From a bacterium (lineage in GTDB: Bacteria; UBA8248): a DNA stretch of 64,000 nt. Of the stretch, positions 1 through 8,975 are shown piece by piece. Each line of letters begins with the position of its first letter. Within the stretch, counting starts at the first letter, position 1. The DNA is taken from contig CBDBEV010000001.1 in the NCBI GenBank assembly GCA_965204535.1, positions 2,560,001-2,624,000 of the forward strand, given 5' to 3'. Below the pieces are notes generated by a model. It was not told where the DNA came from, did no database searches, and saw only the letters and a list, made by a program, of their open reading frames with translations. The translations under genes and the position numbers were made by a program.

Positions 1-1
1 C

Positions 2-532
2 TTCGAGAACGCCGAAGTGCCTGAAAAATGGCGGCTCAGCGAGGTGGACGGCGGCCTGCCCTACATGGCCCGCGTCTTCTCGCGCCACTCGCCGACCACG
101 GCCACCTTCGGTATCGGCATCGCGCGCGCCGCCTTCGAGGACGCCCGCGCCTATGCCAGAGAGCGCGTCCAGGGCGGCAAGCCCATCATCGAGCACGCGC
201 GGATACGCGAGATTCTCGCCGACATGTACGTGAGCATCACCGTCGCGCGCGACGCCGTCTGGCGCGCCGCCTGGCACGCGGATACGGCGGGGGACGACGA
301 ATACGACCACAAGGAGGGCATGCGCGCCGCCCTGTTCGCCTCCGAGATGGCGCCCCAGGTCTGCATCAAGGGGATGAACATCTTCGGCGGCAACGGCTAC
401 ATGGACACCCACCCGGCGGAACGCCACCTGCGCGACGCGATGATGTGCTACCACATCGACGGGCTGAACGACACGACGCGCTTGAAGCTCGGCGGCCTGC
501 TGGCGGGAGAGGCCTTCGCGGGCGCGCTCTAG
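2..532 (+). CDS. Acyl-CoA dehydrogenase family protein, C-terminal part (5' end outside the window)
   Basis: Frame is open from the window edge; contains RVQGGKPI, FGGNGY and ERHLRDA, typical of the ACAD C-terminal domain. Confidence 0.85.
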   Translation, partial: FENAEVPEKWRLSEVDGGLPYMARVFSRHSPTTATFGIGIARAAFEDARAYARERVQGGKPIIEHARIREILADMYVSITVARDAVWRAAWHADTAGDDEYDHKEGMRAALFASEMAPQVCIKGMNIFGGNGYMDTHPAERHLRDAMMCYHIDGLNDTTRLKLGGLLAGEAFAGAL

Positions 533-1169
533 GGGCCCTGCGCCAAGGGCGGATGCGGGCAAGTGCGGGGGTCAAAGCCGATTGATGAATGAGGCTTTGC
601 CGGCGTGATGCGGTACGGGAGGAAATGCGGGCAGTTGCGGGGAAATGCGCGGGTTCCTGAAAAACTTTTTTTATCGCTTTATTTGAGTGTCCTGCGCTCA
701 GATTTAAATGATAACTCTTTTTATTACAATCGGTTAAGTGATCAGAAATTGTCATCTATTTATCGAAAAACCCCGTGAATTTATCGCATTTTTCAGGAAT
801 TCCCGAGGCGGCCCGAGAGATGTGCCCGTGCGCCCCCGGGCGGGCGCCGGGAATCGCCGGGGAACCGGCTCGTTTCATGGCGTCCTCCCGTTCGGTGACG
901 ACGCGCCGGCCCGGCCCGGAGGTCGCCTGGAATCTTCTCCGCCGGAGTCGCATGGTTTCGGATACCCCCCCTTTCGCCGGGTGCGCCGTCTCGCTCCCGG
1001 CCTGAAAAACCCGGCCCTTTCCCGGGGCGCGGGCCGTGGTGTATTCTGGGCGCTGCGCGGGACCGGCGCGACGCGCAAATGCGGGCAAATGCCTGGTCGA
1101 ACGCGAGTGGGGGGTTCGGAGGAAATCACGCTTCACTCGCCCTGTTCGCCATCCTTCGGCTTGAAAAGC

Positions 1170-1337
1170 AACCCCCCCTACCCCCCCTTGTCAGGGGGGT
1201 ATAAAAAGGCAACGCCCCCCGCCGAGGGGTGGAAGAAAAGCCCCCCTTGTCGGGGGGTATGAAAAGGCGATGCCCGCCGCCGGAAGAGGGGTTTTGTTTT
1301 TTCTTGCCCCCCTGTTAAGGGGGGGTAGGGGGGGTTG
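1170..1337. repeat. Palindromic repeat family B (CCCCCCTACCCCCCTTGTCAGGGGGG ... CCCCCCTGACAAGGGGGGTAGGGGGG)
   Basis: Inverted arms visible; related copies at about 14326, 24975, 25335, 27664, 31075, 58558-58857 and 61664-62014. Confidence 0.85.
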
Positions 1338-1392
1338 ACTGAATGGTGTTTCCCTTTCAGGGGAACAAAACCCAAGCCCCCGGGAGTATGAC

Positions 1393-1806
1393 ATGCTCAT
1401 CGTGAACGAGAGGCTCAAAATCCCGCTGCGCGAAATCCACTTCCAGTTCGCGCGCGCGGGCGGCCCCGGCGGGCAGAACGTCAACAAGGTCTCGACCAAG
1501 GCGGTGCTGCGCTGGAACATGGCGGCGTCTTCGAGCGCGCCCGAGGACGTGAAGGCGAGGCTCAGGACGCTCCACCCGCGCCGCGTGACGCGGGAGGGCG
1601 AGGTCGTCATCGCGAGCAGCCGCTTTCGCGATCAGGGCCGGAACGTCGCCGACTGCCTCGAAAAGCTCCGCGCCGCCCTGGCCGCCGCCGCCGACCCGCC
1701 CAAGCCGCGCCGCCCCACGCGCCCCACCCGCGCATCGGCCGAGAAGCGCTTGAAGGACAAGCGCCAACGCAGCGAGAAGAAGAGGATGAGGGGGAAGGTA
1801 GGGTAG
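1393..1806 (+). CDS. arfB: Alternative ribosome rescue peptidyl-tRNA hydrolase ArfB (YaeJ)
   Basis: GGPGGQNVNKV (GGQ motif) and basic C-terminal tail RRPTRPTRAS..KR; 137 aa. Confidence 0.93.
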   Translation: MLIVNERLKIPLREIHFQFARAGGPGGQNVNKVSTKAVLRWNMAASSSAPEDVKARLRTLHPRRVTREGEVVIASSRFRDQGRNVADCLEKLRAALAAAADPPKPRRPTRPTRASAEKRLKDKRQRSEKKRMRGKVG

Positions 1807-1951
1807 GGGGGAGCTTTTTCTCTTGATTGGTTCGACCCTCAACAGATAGACTTCCGCAACATTCAGGCTCGTGTTGATTTGCATTTGCTTCTGTAGGGGA
1901 CGCTCGTGAACGGCCCGCATTGGATGAGGATTTTTGGAATTGAGGTGATTC

Positions 1952-3175
1952 ATGCAAGACCGAATTGATGAAGGAGTTCGAAATAACATCCGTCGTCGAG
2001 ATATTCTCCCGCAAGACAAACTTCCACCTGAACTCACTAAATGGCGTCGGCGCTTTCTCCGTATTGCCCGAATCGTGATGTTTCTAGCAATTTTATACAT
2101 CGTTATTATTTGTATTCAAATTATTTGGTTTCCAGATTCGGTTCCTGAATGTATTTGTTGGCCTTACCTTGCGTTAGCGGGATTTTTATCGGGGTTGGTT
2201 TCTGATTTCTTCATTCGACATTGGGTGCGTGTCCATGAATCTCGAAAAGAAGATCGAAGCGAGATTGAAGCACTAATCCAGGAAGCGAAAAACATTCAAC
2301 CAAGATTACTTGAACCAGAGAGGCCCGCGGGATTCGAAGTCAAGCATCAGCAGGTGCAGAAAGAGGTAGAACGGCTTACAGAAGAAGTGGGTCTCGAAGG
2401 ATGGACAGAGTTTCAGGTCCTCATCTTAGACCGCATGTTGATTGATTTCCTGCCGCTAGAGGACCTTAAAGCACGCGCACGATCTAGCCTGGATGAGCTT
2501 AGGGAATATGCATATGGAGAGGCATTTTCTTACAATGATAACTTTTATCGTAATTGGGAAGACAAAATTAACACCAACATAAACGACCTAGAGGAACTAG
2601 ACAAAGAAGTTGGTGAGGATGATGATCGTGCACAAAAAATAGATGATAAAGCTGAGGCCTTGCGTGCAAATCTTAGAGCGGTACGTGAACATGTAGCTGA
2701 ATATCGAGCCAAATGGGCAGAAGGCTCAACTATAGTTTGGGGCATCATATTTTGTGGATTAGCTTCAGTAGTTGTTTTCACTTTAATGGGAATTCTTCCC
2801 CTATTTTATCCAATACAGGATTGTTCCCCTTTATGTAACTATCGTTTGGGCATCCTTAACTGGGGGTTTCTAGGGATAGCGGGAGCAATAGCCATTGCAC
2901 TGCTTGATCTTCGCAACGCCAAGGAAGTTGAAGTTGCTGATACGGCTGGAAAGCAAGAACTATCGAGAGTATTGTTAAGTGCCCCACTTGGTCTTCTAGC
3001 TGGTGTTTTAGTTTTTTCAATTATTGCAGGGGAACTCATCAATAGTGGCTCTGCAGTTCCTAATTTGAGGAAATCTGAATTTAAGGATGCTTACCTTTCT
3101 ATCGCATGGGCGGTAGTTGCAGGTATGGGATTTGAAGGTGTATTTCAGCGTGTACGTCGTGCTGTGGAGTCCTAA
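1952..3175 (+). CDS. Uncharacterised multi-pass membrane protein (2 N-terminal TM, acidic helical linker, about 4 C-terminal TM); low GC
   Basis: 407-aa ORF with GAGGTG RBS; hydrophobic segments; AT-rich codon usage. Confidence 0.8.
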   Translation: MQDRIDEGVRNNIRRRDILPQDKLPPELTKWRRRFLRIARIVMFLAILYIVIICIQIIWFPDSVPECICWPYLALAGFLSGLVSDFFIRHWVRVHESRKEDRSEIEALIQEAKNIQPRLLEPERPAGFEVKHQQVQKEVERLTEEVGLEGWTEFQVLILDRMLIDFLPLEDLKARARSSLDELREYAYGEAFSYNDNFYRNWEDKINTNINDLEELDKEVGEDDDRAQKIDDKAEALRANLRAVREHVAEYRAKWAEGSTIVWGIIFCGLASVVVFTLMGILPLFYPIQDCSPLCNYRLGILNWGFLGIAGAIAIALLDLRNAKEVEVADTAGKQELSRVLLSAPLGLLAGVLVFSIIAGELINSGSAVPNLRKSEFKDAYLSIAWAVVAGMGFEGVFQRVRRAVES

Positions 3176-3256
3176 ATGAATCTAGTGCCGAGTAGCCCGG
3201 TTACGCATAGGACCCATAATGCTGTAGACGGGAGTGTAGAAAGGGCGGATAGCAGC

Positions 3257-3640
3257 ATGTCCGATCGACGAGCATATGGTTTTGAACTTATCCTTGACCT
3301 GCACGGATGTAAAACCGAGTTGTTCAACCGCGACTACATCGACAATTTTTTCTCCGATCTTTGCGAACTGATCGAAATGGAAAAGTGTGAAGTGCACTTC
3401 TGGGACGATGTAGGTGTTCCTGAGGAGCAGCAGCAGACGCTACCGCACACCAAAGGCACATCAGCCGTCTGTTTCATTTTGACGAGTACAATTGTCATTC
3501 ATACGCTGGATATTCTCGGCGCTGTTTACGTGAACATTTTTTCCTGCAAGCCCTTTGAACCAGACGTCGCGGCGGAATTTACGAGCAAACGCTTTAGGGC
3601 GGTAACCTTCAAAAAGACATTTATTGAACGCACATTGTGA
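3257..3640 (+). CDS. S-adenosylmethionine decarboxylase (SpeD/AdoMetDC)-fold protein with an atypical cleavage site
   Basis: GFELILDLHGC, G-S-AV...TSTIVIHT and YVNIFSCKPF motifs; start could instead be 3176. Confidence 0.75.
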   Translation: MSDRRAYGFELILDLHGCKTELFNRDYIDNFFSDLCELIEMEKCEVHFWDDVGVPEEQQQTLPHTKGTSAVCFILTSTIVIHTLDILGAVYVNIFSCKPFEPDVAAEFTSKRFRAVTFKKTFIERTL

Positions 3641-3662
3641 TAAGTAGTGTAAGGAGAATGAA

Positions 3663-5033
3663 TTGCTTTTGAGAGAGTTGGAACTTGAACTGCCAATAGC
3701 ACTTGATAGGCAAAATGCGCTTTCACAAATTCGAGAAGCCGCACGTTTTCGGTTAACTGCTAATACCGCACCTCTCAGATTCGCGATTACGAAGTCAAAT
3801 GGTGGCCATGTCAGTTGTGCGATCAGCAGCTTAGAAACGTCGTCTGAATTAAACGAACTATCAGATATCTCCATATTCGATTTTGCACCGCGCAAGCATG
3901 AGAACACGAACCAGTTTAATGTCGCATTTTTGATTCCAACGGGTATAGGTGCCGAAATTGGTGGCCACGCGGGTGATGCGACGCCGACCGCAAGGCTGAT
4001 TGCCGAGACCTGCGATACATTGATTTTGCATCCCAACGTGGTCAACGCATCCGATATAAACGAGATGCTGGCAAATTCTCTATATGTCGAAGGTAGCGTA
4101 ATCGCTCGGTTGTTGATGGGCACTGTCGGTCTCGTTGCAACACGAGCCAACCGAGTGCTGGTCATTATTGATGCCCACAAAGACGATCTGTTCGTGAACG
4201 CCGCCATTAACGCAGTGAGTGCGGCGCGCTCATCCTACGGCTTGGTTTGTCCCGAAGTGATTAAACTTTCACCGCCACTGAAGATGAGGTCCGAGTTTAC
4301 CGAATTTGGTACCGCCGCTGGCGAAATCCGTGGTCTTGAACGGGTCTTTGCGGTGCTCGAAGAGCAAGAAGGGGAATACGATGCGGTGGCTATTTCCTCA
4401 GTAATCTCGGTTCCCGAGGAGTTCCACCAAGGATACTTCAATGCCGCAGGAGAAATGGTGAATCCTTGGGGCGGTGTGGAAGCTATGCTCACTCATGCCG
4501 TATCAAGTCGATTCAATATGCCCTCGGCCCATTCGCCGATGTTCGAAACCCAAGATATAGCGAATCGGGATCCAGGCGTGGTGGATCCGCGCATGGCAGC
4601 GGAAGCAATTTCCCTTACATTTTTCGAGAGTGTTTTGAAGGGGCTTCACAAAAGCCCAAGGATCGTTACCGATTCATCTCAGATGTCAGAGCCCGGCGTC
4701 ATATCGGCGGCTGACGTTTCGTGTTTGGTGATTCCTGATGGTTGCATTGGCTTGCCAACTCTCGCTGCGTTGGATCAGGGCATCAAGGTAATAGCCGTGC
4801 GAGAAAATAAGAACCTGATGGAAAATGATCTGACCATGCTTCCCTGGCGCTCCGACCAACTCCACATCGTCGAGAATTATTGGGAAGCGGCAGGCCTGCT
4901 CTGCGCGATTCGTGGCGGGATTGCTCCTGAGTCCGTTCGGCGGCCACTCAGTCACACTCGGGTCACGACACGGGAGTTTAACGAAACGGAGAGTGAACAG
5001 CTTCCAACGGAGAGGGCAAAGCATTTCGGCTAA
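3663..5033 (+). CDS. DUF3326 domain protein
   Basis: IPTGIGAEIGGHAGDA, LHPNVVNASD, LYVEG and GGVEAMLTH motifs; AGGAG RBS before a TTG start. Confidence 0.8.
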   Translation: MLLRELELELPIALDRQNALSQIREAARFRLTANTAPLRFAITKSNGGHVSCAISSLETSSELNELSDISIFDFAPRKHENTNQFNVAFLIPTGIGAEIGGHAGDATPTARLIAETCDTLILHPNVVNASDINEMLANSLYVEGSVIARLLMGTVGLVATRANRVLVIIDAHKDDLFVNAAINAVSAARSSYGLVCPEVIKLSPPLKMRSEFTEFGTAAGEIRGLERVFAVLEEQEGEYDAVAISSVISVPEEFHQGYFNAAGEMVNPWGGVEAMLTHAVSSRFNMPSAHSPMFETQDIANRDPGVVDPRMAAEAISLTFFESVLKGLHKSPRIVTDSSQMSEPGVISAADVSCLVIPDGCIGLPTLAALDQGIKVIAVRENKNLMENDLTMLPWRSDQLHIVENYWEAAGLLCAIRGGIAPESVRRPLSHTRVTTREFNETESEQLPTERAKHFG

Positions 5034-5068
5034 ACAAATAAATCATCTGGGCCGCTCGCGAGCGGCCC

Positions 5069-5275
5069 CTACAGGTTGTCCAACCCCTCTCGCACCTGCT
5101 CCCCCGGCCTCTCGCTCGCGGCTTTCAGGAAATCCTCATCGACCGGGCGCTTGATGGCGTCAAGCCAGGCCCAATCATCTGGTTTCGGTTCGGGGGCGTC
5201 TTTCTCTTTTTCGGCTTCCATGTTCTTGCCTTCTATGTAAAGCGGCTTTCGATATGCTGAAGGGATACATCGCAT
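5069..5275 (-). pseudogene. Remnant of a VapB-like antitoxin C-terminus (no AbrB N-domain, no toxin partner)
   Basis: DWAWLDAIKRPVDEDFLKAASERPGEQVREGLD resembles VapB C-termini; flanked by direct GTAG-REP copies at 5049-5072 and 5304-5327. Confidence 0.5.
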
Positions 5276-5348
5276 GGATGGCCGGATGAATCAACAGGGC
5301 TGTGGGCCGCTCACGAGCGGCCCCTACGGAACCGGCGAGTTGCGGAAT

Positions 5349-5587
5349 CACTCCCCCCTTGAGGGGGAGTCGAAGGGGCCGAGCGTTTTTTGCGAAGGCC
5401 GATTCGGTGGGGGGTAAATCGCGTTTTTCGCCCACTCCGAATTATACCCCCCACCGGTTCGCTTGCGGGCTTGCGCCCTTACCTCACCGACTCCCCCTCA
5501 AGGGGGGAGTGATTCTTGCACTTTCATTGGTCGCGTTAAACCCCCGTTCATTAGGATTTTTAAACAACCCCGCGAGCGGCCCCTACA
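5349..5587. repeat. Repeat family A (~165-185-bp cruciform, CACTCCCCCCTTGAGGGGGAG ... CTCCCCCTCAAGGGGGGAGTG) followed by a degenerate IS1182-type end and a half REP
   Basis: Family A copies at 5349, 7364, 8823 (split by the IS), 11573, 14419, 20734, 25107, 27733, 58629 and 61722; this whole block recurs at 7364-7620. Confidence 0.9.
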
Positions 5588-5844
5588 ACAGCACCTCCCC
5601 TATGTAACATTCCTCCCCAACCCTGAATAACGCACCCCCTTATTCAACTTATCCCCCATAAAGCTGAATAGCCTGCTCCACAAGCCATTTTCACCCCGCC
5701 TCTCCCGCTTCCCCATCCCCGTTATTCATTTTTACGAATGAACACTTAATAGCATTTCCTTTTATTCAGTTTTATGCTATATCTCTTAATAGTGATTCGG
5801 CTTATTCAGCTTTCGCTTCATAACGCTTCATCAGGAGGTTCGCG

Positions 5845-7005
5845 GTGAGACGCGCAGAGACGGGCGCATACGAGACGACGACGTTCGGCGGCGAGGCCGT
5901 GCGCGCGTTCGTGCCCGCCCGCCTGCCGCCCAGGCCGCCGCTCGATCTGGCGGCCCTGAACGAGGAACTCGAGCGGGCGTCGCTCTCGCTGGGCCGCCTC
6001 GACAGCCTGGCCGCGCTTCTGCCCGACCCCCACGTCTTCCTCTACACCTACGTGCGAAAGGAGGCCGTGCTCTCCTCCCAGATCGAGGGTACGCAGTCCT
6101 CGCTCTCCGATCTGCTCATGTTCGAGGTGGAGGGGGCGCCGGGCGCGCCGGTTGACGACGTGGTCGAGGTATCGAACTACGTGGCGGCGCTCGAACACGG
6201 CTTAGCAAGGATGCGGGGGGATGATTTCCCGCTCTCGGCGCGCCTCATCTGCGAGATCCACGGCCGGCTGCTCGCGCGGGGCCGCGGCGCGGGCAAGAGC
6301 CCGGGCGAGTTCCGGCGCTCCCAGAACTGGATCGGCGGGAGCAGGCCGGGCGCGGCGCACTTCGTGCCCCCGCCGCCCCACCGGGTCGGCGAGTGCATGT
6401 CGGACCTGGAGCGCTTCTGGCACGCGGAGGACCTGAGGCTGTCGGCCTTGCTCCGCGCGGGTCTCGCGCACGTCCAGTTCGAGACCATCCACCCGTTCCT
6501 GGACGGGAACGGGCGCGTCGGGCGGCTGCTCATCACGCTCCTGCTCTGGCGCGAGGGCGCGCTCCGGGAGCCGATGCTGTACCTGAGCCTCTTCTTCAAG
6601 CAGCGCCGGGCGGATTACTACGCGCTCCTGGACGAGGTGCGCAAGAGCGGCGACTGGGAGGCGTGGCTCCTCTTCTTCCTGGAAGGCGTGGCCGAGACTT
6701 CCGATGCGGCCGTGGCGGCCGCGCACCGGGTGCTGGCGCTGTTCGATGCGGATCAGCTCCGGGCCGCGCAGACGGGCCGCGTGGCCGGTTCGGCGCTCCG
6801 CGTCTACCGGGCGCTCAAGGAGCGGCCCATCGCCTCGCTCGCACACGCGGTCGAGCATTCGGGCCTCTCGTTCCCGGCGGCGTCGAGCGGGATGCGGGCG
6901 CTCGAGCGGCTGGGGATCGTCCGCGAGCTCACGGGCAAGAGGCGCAACCGCCTGTTCGGCTACGAGGCGTACCTCTCGATCCTGAACGAGGGAACGGAGG
7001 TTTAA
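5845..7005 (+). CDS. Fic family protein (class II with N-terminal inhibitory helix; probable C-terminal wHTH)
   Basis: HPFLDGNGRVGR Fic motif and SSQIEG inhibitory motif; AGGAGG RBS before a GTG start. Confidence 0.93.
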   Translation: MRRAETGAYETTTFGGEAVRAFVPARLPPRPPLDLAALNEELERASLSLGRLDSLAALLPDPHVFLYTYVRKEAVLSSQIEGTQSSLSDLLMFEVEGAPGAPVDDVVEVSNYVAALEHGLARMRGDDFPLSARLICEIHGRLLARGRGAGKSPGEFRRSQNWIGGSRPGAAHFVPPPPHRVGECMSDLERFWHAEDLRLSALLRAGLAHVQFETIHPFLDGNGRVGRLLITLLLWREGALREPMLYLSLFFKQRRADYYALLDEVRKSGDWEAWLLFFLEGVAETSDAAVAAAHRVLALFDADQLRAAQTGRVAGSALRVYRALKERPIASLAHAVEHSGLSFPAASSGMRALERLGIVRELTGKRRNRLFGYEAYLSILNEGTEV

Positions 7006-7044
7006 GGGGGGACCCGCAGTTTTGGGTCCCCCTTTGTTAAAAGA

Positions 7045-7620
7045 GGGGCCGTTCACGAACGGCCCCGAAGAGGGAAGGTTTGGTCTGTAGGGGCCGCATA
7101 TATGCGGCCCGTGGCGGGCGGCGAAAAAGGCTGGGTCGCATATATGTCGGACATATATGTCCGACCTACACTCCCTTCGGCAAGGCGGAATCCCACCGCC
7201 GTCATTCCGGCGGATGCCGGAATCCAGAGCCGATGAGGTTCAAGGTGATCCGGTCTTTCATACCCTCATCCCTCGGATAGGAAGAGGCGAAGAGCAAAGG
7301 CGAAAGACAAAATCCCTGGATTCCGGCATGCGCCGGAATGACGGCCGATGAGTGAGCAAGATACACTCCCCCCTTGAGGGTCTGGCTTCCCGAGGGGAAA
7401 GCCCGACAGAGGCCGAGCGTTTTTTGCGAAGGCCGATTCGGTGGGGGGTAAATCGCGTTTTTCGCCAGTCCGAATTATACCCCCCACCAGTTCGCTTGCG
7501 GGCTTGCGCCCTTAGCTCACTGACTCCCCCTCAAGGGGGGAGTGGTTCTTACACTTTCATTGGTTGCGTTAAACCCTCGTTCATCAAAATTTTTTCAACA
7601 ACCCCGCGAGCGGCCCCTGC
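7045..7620. repeat. Composite repeat cluster: GTAG-type REPs, CGTC-type REP doublet (GTCATTCCGGC..GCCGGAATCCAG, 7200-7343), family A copy (7364-7544) and IS1182-type right end
   Basis: Direct inspection; the REP part recurs inverted at 27430-27615 and in part at 58878-58960. Confidence 0.85.
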
Positions 7621-7794
7621 TCCTGAAAAAGCTGCCACGCTCCCATTATTAAGATTTAACTCATAACCCTTAATAATGAAAACCCTTATTAAGCGTTCGT
7701 GCCATATGACTGAAAAACGGGCTTCGTTATTAAGTTTTTAGGCTTAAGTCTTAATAGTGGATTTTCTCAACTTTGGCGAATAAGCCTTGCTTCC

Positions 7795-8685
7795 CTAATA
7801 CCGCTCAGGCACGAAGGTCTGCTCGCTCATGGGGGGGCGCACGTAGGCCTTCGAATCGCGGCGCGGGGGGAGTTCGATGGGCGCGGGCGTCAAGTCCTCG
7901 TAGGGGATGAGGGAGAGCAGGTGGCTGATGCAGTTGAGCCGCGCGCGGCGCTTGGAATCCGCGTCCACCACGTACCAGGGGGCTTGCTTGATGTCGGTGT
8001 GGGCGAACATCTCGTCCTTCGCCTTGGAGTACTCCACCCAGCGGGTGCGGGATTCGAGATCCATCGGCGAGAGCTTCCAGCGCCTCGTCCTGTCCTCGAT
8101 GCGCGCATGAAAGCGGCGCTCCTGTTCCTCGTCGCTCACCGAGAACCAGTACTTGATCAGGATGATGCCCGAGCGCACGAGCATCCGCTCGAACGTGGGG
8201 CAGGAGTGCAGGAACTCGCGGTATTCCTGGTCCGTGCAGAAGCCCATCACCCGCTCGACGCCCGCGCGGTTGTACCAGGAGCGGTCGAAGAGCGCCATCT
8301 CGCCCGCGGCGGGCAGGTGCGGCACGTAGCGCTGGAAATACCACTGCGTCTGCTCGCGCTCGGTGGGGGCGGCCAGCGCCACGACGCGGCAGACCCTCGG
8401 GTTGAGCCTCAAGGTGATGCGCTTGATGACGCCGCCCTTGCCGGCGGCGTCGCGCCCCTCGAAGATGACGACGACCTTGAGGCCCTGATCCTTTATCCAC
8501 TCCTGCAGCTTCACGAGTTCTTCCTGGAGCCGCACGAGTTCGGCCTCGTACACCCTTTTGGTCAGCTTCCGGCGCGGGGCTTTCCGGGCGTCTCCCGCCC
8601 GGGTGAAGGCGGAGGCGGCATCGCCCCCGCGCCCGACGCCGTCGCCATCGGGTGCGGTCGTATCGGATGCGCCTTCCGGGTCCAT
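7795..8685 (-). CDS. ppk2: Polyphosphate kinase 2
   Basis: FEGRDAAGKGG Walker A, FDRSWYNRAGVERVMGF and WKLSPMD motifs. Confidence 0.95.
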   Translation of the reverse strand: MDPEGASDTTAPDGDGVGRGGDAASAFTRAGDARKAPRRKLTKRVYEAELVRLQEELVKLQEWIKDQGLKVVVIFEGRDAAGKGGVIKRITLRLNPRVCRVVALAAPTEREQTQWYFQRYVPHLPAAGEMALFDRSWYNRAGVERVMGFCTDQEYREFLHSCPTFERMLVRSGIILIKYWFSVSDEEQERRFHARIEDRTRRWKLSPMDLESRTRWVEYSKAKDEMFAHTDIKQAPWYVVDADSKRRARLNCISHLLSLIPYEDLTPAPIELPPRRDSKAYVRPPMSEQTFVPERY

Positions 8686-8975
8686 GATGCGCCTCCTCGT
8701 TTGTGTCGGTTGTCCCGATTATGAACGCAGGCGGGGGGCCGCGCAAGGGAAAAAGGGGTTGTTGAAAAAGCCACTATACGGCCCCTACGAAGATCGCTTT
8801 TCACCGACGAGAATATCAAATCAACTCCCCCCTTGAGGGGGAGTCGATGAAGCCGAGCGGTTTGTGCGAAGGCTGAATCGGTGGGGGGTAAAATGCGTTT
8901 TATCGCCAGTCCGAATTATACCCCTCACCGAATCGCTTTCGGGCTTACGCCCTCAGCTCTTCGACTCCCCCTCAA

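Noticed and set aside
5175-5607. Short ORFs containing PPLRGSR / LPLKGGV / PPYPPLSGG peptides (also near 11433, 14231, 27409 and 58543)
   Set aside because: These are translations of repeat families A and B, not genes.
5049-7620. Recurring repeats as a CRISPR array or integron attC array
   Set aside because: No constant repeat-spacer period, no cas or intI gene, and the repeats are palindromic REP/MITE types dispersed across the whole window.
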